Below are positions 29,170-39,988 of a DNA stretch of 64,000 nt, piece after piece. This DNA is from a virus: IMG/VR virus record IMGVR_UViG_3300032093_000074, positions 15,214 through 79,213 of that record, one strand, 5' to 3'. A model generated the notes under the pieces. That model made no database searches, was not told the DNA's origin, and saw only the letters and a program-made list of their open reading frames with translations. Each line of letters starts with the position of its first letter. Positions within the stretch are counted from its first letter, which is position 1. The position numbers were made by a program, and so were the translations under genes.

Positions 29170-29749
29170 GCAGCCGCTGCGTCGCAAACTCCGGCTCGCC
29201 GTCGGGAAAAACAAAGGCATCCCAGCCCGGAGCCTTGTCATCCCAAAAGAGTTAGAAAAATACCCGAGAGGCGAAATCCCCGAGGAATACCTGAAGAAAG
29301 TCAAAACCGGCGGGAAGCTCTACCACCACGCCGCCGACGCCTTCAACAACATGTACGACCATGCGATGTCCGAAGGGATCAAGTTCCGTAACATCGGCGA
29401 CTACCGCCCCAAAGCCCAAGTCGAGGCCCTGTTTCTTCAGCGGTACAGCCTCAAAGATCAGGGACGCAAACCGCAGATCACTCGCAAATACCAAGGCAAA
29501 ACATGGTATTTGAAGCCTGGCATGGCCCCGTCTGCGTCACCCGATAGCGGAAGCCCCCACGATGTCGGCGTCGCCATTGACCTCGGCGAAGACAAGAAAG
29601 GCCAGCTGGTGCCCCTCACCGAAAAGGCCCGCCTCTGGTTGTGCGCCAACGCCCCGGCTTACGGCTTCACACTTCAAAGCCTGCCCTACCTAGACAACGG
29701 GCAAGCCAACCCCGAACACGAATGGTGGCATTGGCAGTGGGCGAAATGA
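29156..29749 (+). CDS. endolysin, M15 (VanY-like) zinc peptidase
   Basis: YRP...SPH..G.AID...HEWWHW. Confidence 0.85.
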   Translation: MATGKQPLRRKLRLAVGKNKGIPARSLVIPKELEKYPRGEIPEEYLKKVKTGGKLYHHAADAFNNMYDHAMSEGIKFRNIGDYRPKAQVEALFLQRYSLKDQGRKPQITRKYQGKTWYLKPGMAPSASPDSGSPHDVGVAIDLGEDKKGQLVPLTEKARLWLCANAPAYGFTLQSLPYLDNGQANPEHEWWHWQWAK

Positions 29750-29997
29750 ACGCCGCATGGTCTGCTATTGTAGTAGCAGTCATAGGCGGCCCCCTGATGT
29801 GGCTGTTGTATCGCTTGGATAGGCGCAACACTCAGCAACACGGCGAGTCAATCAAAATCATCCAAGAGGTTCAACGCGACGTGAAAGACGTAAAAGGCGA
29901 CATGCACGACGTCAAAGCTGACGTACGCGATTTGAAGTCTGACGTGCGACGCCTCGACAAAACCGTCAAGCCCACCAGGATCAAGAAAACCGCCTGA
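29746..29997 (+). CDS. membrane-anchored coiled-coil protein
   Basis: N-terminal TM then DVK/DVR heptad-like repeats. Confidence 0.65.
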   Translation: MNAAWSAIVVAVIGGPLMWLLYRLDRRNTQQHGESIKIIQEVQRDVKDVKGDMHDVKADVRDLKSDVRRLDKTVKPTRIKKTA

Positions 29998-30794
29998 TGT
30001 CCGCGTCGTCCGACTACCTCGCCGCGCTGGAAAAGCTTGCCAAAGACAGCTACGACGCTAAGCAGGCGCAGCTCGCCCAGCAGCTCAAAGCCGGCGCTTC
30101 AGGCACGTTCGCCAAAGACGAATCCGGTAAGACCACCTACACCCCTGGCACCACCGGCGTCCTTGACGTCGGGTACCAGCGTGGCAAAGAACGGCTGTCA
30201 GCAGGCGCGGAAGCAGCAGGGATGCTCCGTTCGGGGCAGGCAGCTGTCGGTCAGCAGAACCTCGCCGGCGACTACTACCAGTCGGTCATGGACCTGTACA
30301 ACCAGATCGCAGGCCAAGAGGCGACGAACACCGCCGACTACAACAAGCAGCTCGCCGACTACCGGATCAAGTACGGCACCGTCCCCGAACCCGCTCGGGA
30401 TACAACCGCCGACAGCGGCAACCGCATGACACTGCCGCCAGGCACATCGACCGCGATGCCGGCCCCGTCGTTCACCCCAGCGACACAGGCACAGGCCCCT
30501 GGCGTCAACAAGGCTACGCGCACCGGCGTCAACCTTGACCAGCAGGTCGGGGCAACCTTGTTCGGGTCACAGGGCCCTTACAGCACTGGCGACGCGACAG
30601 TCCAGCAGGCGATCAACGACGTATTCAGCGGCCGCACAATGGCCCCTGCTCCCGCCCCTGCCCCACGTCCTGCCGCTCCGCGCACACCGACGCCACCCAA
30701 AGCGCCAACGGCCCCCAAGCCACCCACACCACCGAAGCCACCGACACCGCCCAAGCCCCCAGCAGCTAAAACCCCAGCAAAGAAGCTCCGCTAA
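29997..30794 (+). CDS. putative ejection/internal virion protein, Pro-rich tail
   Basis: A/Q-rich; PTPPK repeats at C-terminus. Confidence 0.6.
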   Translation: MSASSDYLAALEKLAKDSYDAKQAQLAQQLKAGASGTFAKDESGKTTYTPGTTGVLDVGYQRGKERLSAGAEAAGMLRSGQAAVGQQNLAGDYYQSVMDLYNQIAGQEATNTADYNKQLADYRIKYGTVPEPARDTTADSGNRMTLPPGTSTAMPAPSFTPATQAQAPGVNKATRTGVNLDQQVGATLFGSQGPYSTGDATVQQAINDVFSGRTMAPAPAPAPRPAAPRTPTPPKAPTAPKPPTPPKPPTPPKPPAAKTPAKKLR

Positions 30795-31279
30795 TGGCAT
30801 TTAACCCTTTGACGAACCTCGCCGAAACCGGCGTAGCTAACTTGAAGCGCCGGCGCGGCGAAGTTGGTGGCATCGCAGAAGCGGTCAACCCGACGCTCCG
30901 TGGCATTGAAACCGCATCAGGCATGGTCCCTGGCGCAAACGTGCTGCAAGCCAACTTGCGGAATGTAGACGCGCTTGCCCCACAGCAGGCGTATATGGAG
31001 TCGCAGGCCTCAAGCCTGCCGAACTACGTCAACGCTGCCCGCGCCTACCAAAAGTTCTTGGAAGACGAAGCTGAGAAGAAACGCAAAGCGGGGAGCGGCA
31101 GCGGCGATGGTGTGGGCGGTATGGGCATGACCGGCAACGAACAGCCAGACTTCAACCTGCCAGATCCAACCGACTACATGGCGGTTATAAACGCGATCAT
31201 TGACGCTCGCCGACGCCTTGGAACCGGACGCCGCTCAACATACACTCCCTCAACCTCACGAATGGCGAGCGAATACTGA
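30794..31279 (+). CDS. putative internal virion protein
   Basis: TAATG coupling. Confidence 0.6.
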   Translation: MAFNPLTNLAETGVANLKRRRGEVGGIAEAVNPTLRGIETASGMVPGANVLQANLRNVDALAPQQAYMESQASSLPNYVNAARAYQKFLEDEAEKKRKAGSGSGDGVGGMGMTGNEQPDFNLPDPTDYMAVINAIIDARRRLGTGRRSTYTPSTSRMASEY

Positions 31280-32487
31280 TGGTTATTTCACGGCAGAAAC
31301 TGATCGAGAAGGCAACAGGCGCAGCCCCCGTCGAACCCGAATCACCGTTGGCGAGCCCATATGGCAAAGCCCTGCTCAACACTCTCCCGACACCGGCGTC
31401 GTACACCGACTTCCTTGGCGCAACAAACCTCGCCACCCCAGCCCCGATGGGCCAAGGCCTGTCCAGCAAGGGCAAGTACGGCGGCTTCTACACCACCAGC
31501 GACCTTGAAACAGCGATCAGAGGCGAGGCAGAACAACGCAACGCGGCGTCTAACGCTTGGGCCGAGAGCCTGCGTAACCTTGCGGCCAAGGCAACCGGCA
31601 CGTCCCGCCAAACAGGGCGGAATCGGTACATGGCCGAGGACATCGGCGAGCTCGGCGGGTACGCACGGGAAGTGTTCCCCACCAGCCTGCGGGCCCCAGC
31701 AAAAGCCTTGTTCGGAGGCTACGACGCGCCTGAACAGACGATGGCACCAGCCGAACGACGCGCAGAAGAACAGACATACGGCGCACTCGCAGGCGAAACC
31801 CTGCGCCAGAAAGTGGGCGCGGAAGAAACAGCTTCAATGGTCGAGGACACCCCGATGTCCGTCTACGCACGGGCCGTGGCCACCCAACGCTACGGCATGA
31901 ACCCCGCACTGGCCGCCGGCATCTTCGGCACCGAATATGACGTGGAATCTGCAAAGGCGCTCCGCGACCAGCAAGCTTTGCAGTCTGGATTCGTGGACTA
32001 CGCCGAGTACGAGCGGGTCATGCAAGAACAAGAAGCTGCCGAAGAAGACGTACTTGACCGCGCACTGGGGACAGGCGATGTCGGTTCAATCGACGCCGCG
32101 ATGGCAGAATACGACCTGGAACCAGCGCAGTTGCCGAAACAAGCCCGTGATTTGTATTACTTGGGCAAGTCTTCGCAAGCCCTCGGCTTTAGTGCCTCCA
32201 GGTTGCCGACGGAAACGGGCATGACCCCCGACGAAATCTACGCAACGATTGCCGACCCCAACCTGGGCCCACAACTCCAGCTCGACCTTGACGAAATCCA
32301 GGCCCTTATCAACGATGGCGACGACGCCGGTGCTTACAATTACGTCGACACCCGAATCCGCGACGCGCAAACGGAACCTATTGGGCGCATCCTTAGCGCC
32401 TACGTCACCCGCATCCTTAAATCAGCTCGGAACCCAGCCCAAAGTGCGTTGCAATTGCAGCGTACAGGACGCCTCATCGGCAAGTAA
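31279..32487 (+). CDS. putative internal virion protein
   Basis: TGATG coupling; 402 aa. Confidence 0.6.
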   Translation: MVISRQKLIEKATGAAPVEPESPLASPYGKALLNTLPTPASYTDFLGATNLATPAPMGQGLSSKGKYGGFYTTSDLETAIRGEAEQRNAASNAWAESLRNLAAKATGTSRQTGRNRYMAEDIGELGGYAREVFPTSLRAPAKALFGGYDAPEQTMAPAERRAEEQTYGALAGETLRQKVGAEETASMVEDTPMSVYARAVATQRYGMNPALAAGIFGTEYDVESAKALRDQQALQSGFVDYAEYERVMQEQEAAEEDVLDRALGTGDVGSIDAAMAEYDLEPAQLPKQARDLYYLGKSSQALGFSASRLPTETGMTPDEIYATIADPNLGPQLQLDLDEIQALINDGDDAGAYNYVDTRIRDAQTEPIGRILSAYVTRILKSARNPAQSALQLQRTGRLIGK

Positions 32488-32496
32488 AGTCTACGC

Positions 32497-35400
32497 ATGG
32501 CCCAGTACACGCCGCCCCCCACCGCCCTGCCTGTTGGGCCGGAAGGGGGGAAAGGTAAGAAGCGTCTTAAGCCTCTGACCACTGGCCCCGCCGCCCCGCC
32601 AGCACAACCAGTCACCACGGTCCCAACGGTCCCTGGGTCTGCGCCACAGTTGCGGCCACCAGTTGCCCCCGCAAAAAAAGAAGACGAAGGCGAATGGTCT
32701 TGGGAAAATGTTGGCAAAGCTTTCAGTCCACAGAAATCTGCCGACTTCTTGGCCAACGCCATTATTGCGGCCCCCGCAGCTGTCTTCGGCCTTGGCACGG
32801 GGCTGTTCAAGGGCGGGGATAAAAAAGGGACAGAAGGCGGCAGCCTGTCGATCCCAACAAAGGTCTTCCAAGCTCTTTTGGGGACGTCCTTCGGTCCCAT
32901 CGCTTTAAGCGAAACTGGCGAAGAATACTCCGAATCTCTTGCTAATACTTTTACTGGCAAAAATATCCGTCTTGCTGGGCAAGCGATCAAACGCGGCGAA
33001 ACACCGCTCCCATACCTTATGGAAGACGCAGGTAACGCTGCGATTGTTTTGGGCGGTACAGGAGCCGTGCTGAAGGGAGCTAGCGCCGGCGGCCGCATTT
33101 CGGCAGCAGGGGCTGCCCGTCTCAATCGTGTTGGCGCAAAGGTCAGCAAGGCAGCCAATGTTGCTGACTGGATTGGCGATGCCCCGATTCGTTTGCCCAT
33201 CGAAGCAGTCAGCAAATCCGTTAGCACAGCGGGCAAATACGGGCGTTACAAAGCTAATAATCTCCGCGCCGAAGCAGCCCGGCGCGAGGCGCTTGACCCG
33301 ATGGACCCCGAGGTCATGAGCAAACGAGCAAAAGCGAACCGGCTTGAAGCCCGTTGGGGTAAAGAAATTGATCGTGGCGGGATAGTGACCGTCGTAACCC
33401 AAAAGTTGCTTGGCACCGGCGTTGGCAGGGCTGTCCTTAGAGCGAACAAAAACGGCACAAAGATCGTTCGTGAAATGACTGAAGTAGCGGACAAGCCCTT
33501 GTTTTGGGAAGACCTCGGGCCAATGACGCCCGAAGAAAATCAAGCAGTCTTCGCAATCATCAATGGCCGGGCTGCGCTGATTGAGGAAGTCGCCCAACGA
33601 ACCGGGCAAAGCGTTGAGTACATCGCCGAAATTGGGCGGTACAACTTCGAGCCAGGCTATTCGTTGACGCCAGCAGGGGCCCGCATGGCATCCGATTATC
33701 TCAATGGCCGCCTGTCCCCCCAGCAAAGTTCACGCATCCAGGATGCTGCCCAAAAAGTGTCGGCACGTTTGGAAATCCAAACCGAGCAGGCCCGTGGGGG
33801 GTATGGCCGCAAAACCCCACTGACCCCTTCGTACGATATTCCGTTCCCTAGCCCCGACAAGTTCGCGGATGCGATGGCCCGCATTGGTCGCTCCGACGTA
33901 GCAGAAGAAATCGGGGCGTTGTATGAATCAGGCTTCTTCAGCGATCTCCAAGATCCGCGTGTCATTGAATACATGAGGGCCCGAGTTGAGGCAGCGCCAG
34001 AATCCGTGGCCCTTGACTCGACGCTGTACCCACCCAAAGAGCGCAACAACGTCGAGTTTTACAAACGCGTCCGAGAGGCCCTACTCGCTCAAGGCGAAGC
34101 GACTATTGCTGGCTTCCCCCGGCCGCCAGGCGACATGGGCGGCCCGTCAACGGGTGTCCCGCCGCAAGACTTTTATACAACCAACAAATATCCTGGCGAC
34201 CTCGTTCGGACCCCAGCACAGAACATCAAACGCAGTATCAAAATCTTGGAGCGTTTGCGTGGCAAGAATCGCAAACTGGCCGAACAGATTGTCGACGCCG
34301 AGCTGCGTATCCGCAAGCTTGAGTTCATAGTCATCAAAGCCCAATACAAAATCGGGCAGCTTGCCGGCTACTACACCGACGCTGACGGCAACCTCGTCAG
34401 CCCGGATTCCCCGGAAGCCACCAACTATGTGCCTGGCATGTTGGAAAAACTCCAAGCCGAACGCAATCGGCTCAAAGCAATCGACGACGAAATGCGGGCT
34501 ACGCAATCCGACAGCACTGTCGTCAACGGGGTCATTGTCAACCGCGAACTTGTAGAAGAAAATCTTGCTGTCGTCGAAGATGGCATTGCTGCTGTTGAGG
34601 CTGGCATTGCGGAGCTCGAAGACCAAATCGACACCGCAACCGCAGAAATCGACGCCGAAGAAGGCCGCCAGATCGACGCTGGTGACCAGCTCGATGAAGC
34701 GGGGGAGAACCCTGATGAGATCATCGCGGCGGCCAAAGCCGACGTTGAAGAAATCCCTGGCGACCCGGACGCCTACTCCGAACTAGCTCCGACCGACGAG
34801 CAGATCGCCGCGCTGCAAGATGAAATCCTCGACTTGGAATCGGCGATCAGCACGAACGTGGTCGACCTGCGAAAACTCGACATAGAGATCACTAACGCCA
34901 AGCTCACCCGTGATGACGCCAGCAAAACGGTTGAACCGGAAACCTTGGCCGCAGCCCCGGCAGCCGAAGGCTTCATTTCCGCTGACCAACTACTTGCGAT
35001 TCTTGAAAAGGCTGTCGCAGATAAAACGCTTCCAGCAGAAGTCATCGACGACGTCAAACAACATCTCGACACAACCTATGTAGCCCCGACAAAAGACAAA
35101 GAGATTGCCAAAGCAGCAGACGAGGTCCTGTTGTCTGCAAAAAACGGCGGGTACAGAAACTCCGGCGGCTACCCCGCATTGGTTTCTAACGTCAATGGCG
35201 AACTTTGGTTCAGTAACGGCTACATGGCAACGAAAATCCCCGGTGGCTCCAAAGCAGCAGAACTGTTCAAAGAACCTGGCAGGTACACCGACCCGTGGGG
35301 ACAGACCCTCGGGTTCAAAACTGTCGGCGGCCGCACAACTATGGAGCGCACGATAGGCGACACGACCTATCGCATCGAAGAAAACGTCGTTGGCAAAACT

Positions 35401-38400
35401 AAAGACGGCAAAGACAAGAAAAAATACACGTTGTCGCAACTCGACGCGGACGGAAATGTCGTTGCGGGGACGCAGCAGACGTACGGTTCTTTCAGTGCAG
35501 CGAAGGACGCGGCCCCCAAAGCCCCAACGTCCGAAGGCCCAGACTTCCAAAAGCTCATTGACCTGGCTAAAAAAGCCAAAACAGACAAACAGCCCCCTGC
35601 GAAGATCGAAGGCCAACGTATTGCAACGGTTACGTTGGACGGCAAGCCCACGCAAATAACATTCGTGTTTTTGCGACGGCCGGACGGCCAGCTTATGTTC
35701 GCCGACCAGCAACAGTTCAACGTCGTGTATAAGGCCGGCGACACTGTTCACCTCCCGATAGAAGACAAAGCGTCGATCATCATCAAGCGGGATGGCAACA
35801 TTATCGGCTTGGTGATGCCGTTCCGCAACCAAGAGCTATTCACCAAGGTTGAGAACCCGCTGTCGCCGGACACAATCGCAACTCAAATCGTCCGAGAAGG
35901 CAACCTCCCTGATGACATTGTCGCGGCATTGTCAAGGACAGCTGAAGGCCCACGTTTGGCAGAACCAAAAGCAGTTGGAGCCACCGATGCCGAAATAGCT
36001 GCTTTGGAACAAAAGATCGCCGACCTTGAACAAATCAGGACTAACCTCGTCGCCGATACAGTCAGCCTGCGCGATGCCCTCGACCAGACTCGCTCCGAAC
36101 TTGAAATCATGCGCGAGGAAGCTGCTGCGGCAACGCAAATACAGGGTGCGTTAGCGCCGCGCCTAAAGCCTGTCGAAGCACCTACCGACGTTAGAATCGC
36201 GGAAGCCCAGGCCCGCGTCGACCAACTAAAGCAGGATCTCGACGCTAAAGAAGCGGCCGCAGTAGAAGCGCAAAAGAAAGCTGATAACCTAGCCAACCTC
36301 AGCGACGAGGAAGGCCTCAGCGTTGCAGAACGCCAAAAGCGGCTAGCCAAGAGTGTCAAAGCCGACAACGCTGCAAAAAAGCTAGAAAATGCTGCTGACG
36401 AGGCTTGGGTAACGCACCGTGACGCAGTTGCCGAACTTGAGGCGTTGAAAGCAGGAAGCGCCGCCGGCCCTGTTGGGCCGCCACAAGGGTTTGTGCAAGT
36501 TGATTCGGTAATCGCGGGCACCGAGTTGCCTGAAGCATTGGACCCACCAGCACTCGAATCAACCGGGCCTGCTCCTAGCGCCCTCAACGAATCCGACTGG
36601 ACCAAGATCGACGACAACAACTGGTCGATCAACACTGGCTATCGTTCGTACCTAGCCACGCGCCGCCAAGTCGGTACGACGAAAGCCGGCAAACCCCAAT
36701 ACCGCTTCATACTTAAGCGTTACGGCAGCGACGGCCTGCCCATCGAATCGACAGCGCAAGAGTTCACGAACTTCAAACAGGCCCGCAAGGTTGTCGACGA
36801 AGGCCTGCAATATGACCTAGCAAACCCCGTCGCGGAACGGCCAATCTTCCGGCCAGGCCGCGAGCTCACAGCCGGCAGCGGCAATGTCCTGTCTACGGCA
36901 CCCGAATTGATCCGCGCCGAACAAAAACTTGCGTCAGGAATCCAACGCCTAAAAAGCCTGGAACGTACCAAAGAGCGTGCGACCGCCAAGGTCGACAAAC
37001 TCCGCGTCGACCAGGCAGCTCGTCGCGCCCGACTCAGCCTTCTTACCTCGGCTGAAGTGCGAGCCGAAGCTCGCCTCGGGAAAGAAATCGTCACCCAGCC
37101 GGATGTCGCCGTTACGGGCCAAGGTCCAACCGGCCGCGTGTTCATCGGCCAAGAAACAGGGGCCCCAAGTGTTGCAAGGCCGCTGTCGGAATCAGGAGTC
37201 CCCGTTGCTCCTGGAGAAGGTTTCCCAGCGATGCTTCGGCCGACAGCGCAGACTGTCCGTTTCGTCGACGAGACAACTCGCCAGATCAATGAGGTTGAAG
37301 CTGCACAGGGCGCAGCCATCGAGGATCGCACTCGCAATGTTGATGTGGTTGTCCAATCAATCGATGCAGCGAACCTGCGCCGGAGGACACAGTTGCCGCC
37401 AGGGTTGCCCCTCCGTTCCGCGCTCAACATGCCCCGTGCTGAAGGTCAACCATTTATTGGCAGCCAATATGCCCCCGCCGGCCGCCCCACCAACCGGACG
37501 CAAGGTGCAATCGTCGAGATCCAGGAAGGCTTGATCGGCGACACAAAGGCAAGTAGCGAATACTTCCGCGAAGGAACTACTGAAGAAATCTACGATCCGA
37601 TTGTCCTCGCCAACCGTCTCGTTGCCGAACAAATGAACCTCGACATGACCGAAGCCTTCCGGTCACTGATGCGTTCAGCTATCACAGTCAACGCAGAGGA
37701 ACTGCTCGGGCGTGACGTTGTGCAAAACCTGCGTAAGGAAGCATACGACCGTGCCTACAGCTGGGCTGGCGGCCGGCCGGCCACCCCCGAGGGTGTTGCT
37801 GCGTATGCCGAAGGGCTGCCGAACCGCGCTGCTGTTGCCGCACGAAAAGAAGCAGAAATCTATGGCGACCTCATCAACAAGGAAATGGAAAAGCAAGGCT
37901 TTGTCACGCTGCCGCTAACTGGGCGCATCGAACGCGGTGTGCCGACCTACGAAATCGACGAAAGCACACCTTACCTTCCTAAATACACCCGTGAGCGCGT
38001 CATGCGGAAAGCGACCGTCTACAACCCTGATGACATGGGCATCTATTTGAGGACTGCTTCGCGCGTTACGACCGGCTTCAAAAATCTGACATTGCCATTT
38101 TCGTTCCAATGGCAAATCGGCGACATCCTCGGCATTTTCATTTCGGCTGCCGTGTCTGGCGTTAACCCGCTAACACTTGGCAACTACATGGTCGACTCGC
38201 TGCGGGCTAACTACGGTGGCCCGAACGCAACGCGCGGCGAAATAATCCGCAACGTTTTCCGCGAAGCTGACAAACGGGGCACCACGCGCATTGGCGAAAT
38301 CCTTGCCGAATCGGGCCTCCAGGACGTCGGCCTTCGCATTGGCGAACAACAACGCCTGCGTGGGTACCGTGACGCACCCGAGCGGATGACAGTTCCCCAG

Positions 38401-39465
38401 CAGTTTTTACGGGATTACACGCCAAACATCAAAGGCGACTTTAATGTCGGCGACATCATCCCAACCTGGCGCAAAGGGATGTACCGCGTCAACGAAGCGA
38501 TCAACCGCGTCGGCCGTCACGCGTTTTTCCTTGCCAAGTTCCAAGAAGCCATTGACGGGTACAACGCCCGCAACGGGACGAGTCTGACTGCCGAAAGTGC
38601 GCTTGAGGCGGGGCTCCACGAAAAGCCCGGCCCCATCCGTGATGCCTTTGAAGATACTGTCGACAGCGCAAACGACGTCATGGGTGACTGGATGGGGTTG
38701 TCACCGCGCGAACGTAAGTACATCCTGCCGAACGCCACCTTTTACGCATGGATCAAACACATCCACAAGCTGTTCCTAAAAGTCGCCAAGGAAAACCCGA
38801 GTGCGATCAAGTGGTACGTCTATTTGGGCAACTTTGCATACGACCCCGATACCGACCCGTTTGACCTGTACACCGACAAAATCTCTTTGCCTGGCGGTTT
38901 CCTGGCCGGCAGCAACTTCATGAACCCGTTTGCCGACGTAGTCGGCGGCCCGATTGGCCGCGCCATTGTGAAGGGCGACCCATCGTCACTCCTGTCCCCA
39001 CTGTCCCCACTTCCCCGCATCCTGGGAGCAGGATTCCTTGGTGAAAACTTGCCACGACTCAAGGATGTGTCGAGGCCCTACGGGACGGGATCGGTTGGGT
39101 CCACCGGGACCGAGCGCAACACGATGTTGTTCCGTCGTCCCGAAGAACTACTGGGCTTCTCGTTGCAACAGTTCCCCATCGCCACCCGAGTCTTGGACAT
39201 TCTGCCCACTGGCACCATCCCAGGGACAAATATCCAAACCGGCCCATACCAACGATACGACACCGGCCAGGCGCGGCTGCGGCCAGGCACTTTGGACATG
39301 GTGCCCAAAGCCGGTGGGCGCGCCGTTGCAGCAGCTCGTCTTCTTGGCCTGCCCTTCCTGCCCACGGCGACAAGGCAGCAAATGTCTGACATCGAACGCA
39401 CCGCTAAGGAACGCTTGGTCGCGTTCGAAGAAGCACAAAAACGTGCCAAAGCACTCCAGGGGTAA
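32497..39465 (+). CDS. giant multidomain internal virion/ejection protein (2322 aa)
   Basis: Last of the ejection-type cluster; coiled coils flanking inserted globular domains. Confidence 0.7.
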   Translation: MAQYTPPPTALPVGPEGGKGKKRLKPLTTGPAAPPAQPVTTVPTVPGSAPQLRPPVAPAKKEDEGEWSWENVGKAFSPQKSADFLANAIIAAPAAVFGLGTGLFKGGDKKGTEGGSLSIPTKVFQALLGTSFGPIALSETGEEYSESLANTFTGKNIRLAGQAIKRGETPLPYLMEDAGNAAIVLGGTGAVLKGASAGGRISAAGAARLNRVGAKVSKAANVADWIGDAPIRLPIEAVSKSVSTAGKYGRYKANNLRAEAARREALDPMDPEVMSKRAKANRLEARWGKEIDRGGIVTVVTQKLLGTGVGRAVLRANKNGTKIVREMTEVADKPLFWEDLGPMTPEENQAVFAIINGRAALIEEVAQRTGQSVEYIAEIGRYNFEPGYSLTPAGARMASDYLNGRLSPQQSSRIQDAAQKVSARLEIQTEQARGGYGRKTPLTPSYDIPFPSPDKFADAMARIGRSDVAEEIGALYESGFFSDLQDPRVIEYMRARVEAAPESVALDSTLYPPKERNNVEFYKRVREALLAQGEATIAGFPRPPGDMGGPSTGVPPQDFYTTNKYPGDLVRTPAQNIKRSIKILERLRGKNRKLAEQIVDAELRIRKLEFIVIKAQYKIGQLAGYYTDADGNLVSPDSPEATNYVPGMLEKLQAERNRLKAIDDEMRATQSDSTVVNGVIVNRELVEENLAVVEDGIAAVEAGIAELEDQIDTATAEIDAEEGRQIDAGDQLDEAGENPDEIIAAAKADVEEIPGDPDAYSELAPTDEQIAALQDEILDLESAISTNVVDLRKLDIEITNAKLTRDDASKTVEPETLAAAPAAEGFISADQLLAILEKAVADKTLPAEVIDDVKQHLDTTYVAPTKDKEIAKAADEVLLSAKNGGYRNSGGYPALVSNVNGELWFSNGYMATKIPGGSKAAELFKEPGRYTDPWGQTLGFKTVGGRTTMERTIGDTTYRIEENVVGKTKDGKDKKKYTLSQLDADGNVVAGTQQTYGSFSAAKDAAPKAPTSEGPDFQKLIDLAKKAKTDKQPPAKIEGQRIATVTLDGKPTQITFVFLRRPDGQLMFADQQQFNVVYKAGDTVHLPIEDKASIIIKRDGNIIGLVMPFRNQELFTKVENPLSPDTIATQIVREGNLPDDIVAALSRTAEGPRLAEPKAVGATDAEIAALEQKIADLEQIRTNLVADTVSLRDALDQTRSELEIMREEAAAATQIQGALAPRLKPVEAPTDVRIAEAQARVDQLKQDLDAKEAAAVEAQKKADNLANLSDEEGLSVAERQKRLAKSVKADNAAKKLENAADEAWVTHRDAVAELEALKAGSAAGPVGPPQGFVQVDSVIAGTELPEALDPPALESTGPAPSALNESDWTKIDDNNWSINTGYRSYLATRRQVGTTKAGKPQYRFILKRYGSDGLPIESTAQEFTNFKQARKVVDEGLQYDLANPVAERPIFRPGRELTAGSGNVLSTAPELIRAEQKLASGIQRLKSLERTKERATAKVDKLRVDQAARRARLSLLTSAEVRAEARLGKEIVTQPDVAVTGQGPTGRVFIGQETGAPSVARPLSESGVPVAPGEGFPAMLRPTAQTVRFVDETTRQINEVEAAQGAAIEDRTRNVDVVVQSIDAANLRRRTQLPPGLPLRSALNMPRAEGQPFIGSQYAPAGRPTNRTQGAIVEIQEGLIGDTKASSEYFREGTTEEIYDPIVLANRLVAEQMNLDMTEAFRSLMRSAITVNAEELLGRDVVQNLRKEAYDRAYSWAGGRPATPEGVAAYAEGLPNRAAVAARKEAEIYGDLINKEMEKQGFVTLPLTGRIERGVPTYEIDESTPYLPKYTRERVMRKATVYNPDDMGIYLRTASRVTTGFKNLTLPFSFQWQIGDILGIFISAAVSGVNPLTLGNYMVDSLRANYGGPNATRGEIIRNVFREADKRGTTRIGEILAESGLQDVGLRIGEQQRLRGYRDAPERMTVPQQFLRDYTPNIKGDFNVGDIIPTWRKGMYRVNEAINRVGRHAFFLAKFQEAIDGYNARNGTSLTAESALEAGLHEKPGPIRDAFEDTVDSANDVMGDWMGLSPRERKYILPNATFYAWIKHIHKLFLKVAKENPSAIKWYVYLGNFAYDPDTDPFDLYTDKISLPGGFLAGSNFMNPFADVVGGPIGRAIVKGDPSSLLSPLSPLPRILGAGFLGENLPRLKDVSRPYGTGSVGSTGTERNTMLFRRPEELLGFSLQQFPIATRVLDILPTGTIPGTNIQTGPYQRYDTGQARLRPGTLDMVPKAGGRAVAAARLLGLPFLPTATRQQMSDIERTAKERLVAFEEAQKRAKALQG

Positions 39466-39490
39466 CCGGATCGCGGTCGAGCTGGCCCTT

Positions 39491-39970
39491 ATGGGCCGTC
39501 GCCCCACCAGCCTGAACCAGGAACGCACTAGGCATTACCGTGTCCGAGCTGAGGATACGAAATGGTGGCGCGAAGGGTTTTGTTGGGCGGCCGTTGAAGC
39601 TGGGATGCCCCACCTGGAAGCAGCTGAGATCATTGTCCAGCCGGTGCTGAACACCCGCAACTGGCAGGACACGGCGGCCTGTTTCCCGTCTGCGAAGGCA
39701 GCTATTGACGGGTTGATTGACGCGAATGTTTTGGATGACGACACCCCAGACATTATCCCTACCATCACATTCAAGCGCCCTATACTTGGCAAGCAGGCAG
39801 GACTACGATTGACGATTATTGCGCTACCAGAAAGGGTGCCAGGTGAAGAAAGCATTTTGGGATACTCCGAGCCCCAAGGGGAAATCGCAGCCTCTCACAC
39901 CCACACAAAAGCTGGCGGCAAAGAAGCGAGCCGCCGACGCCGGCCGGCCGTATCCGAACCTCGTAGATAA
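39491..39970 (+). CDS. RusA-like Holliday junction resolvase
   Basis: PTSLN...QDTAAC...KAAIDGL..ANVLDDD; start codon uncertain. Confidence 0.7.
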   Translation: MGRRPTSLNQERTRHYRVRAEDTKWWREGFCWAAVEAGMPHLEAAEIIVQPVLNTRNWQDTAACFPSAKAAIDGLIDANVLDDDTPDIIPTITFKRPILGKQAGLRLTIIALPERVPGEESILGYSEPQGEIAASHTHTKAGGKEASRRRRPAVSEPRR

Positions 39971-39988
39971 CGCATGGGCAGGTAAACA

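Noticed and set aside
39038-39490. N-terminal extension of the RusA-like ORF
   Set aside because: Overlaps the giant gene out of frame; resolvase-like sequence starts only near 39470-39491
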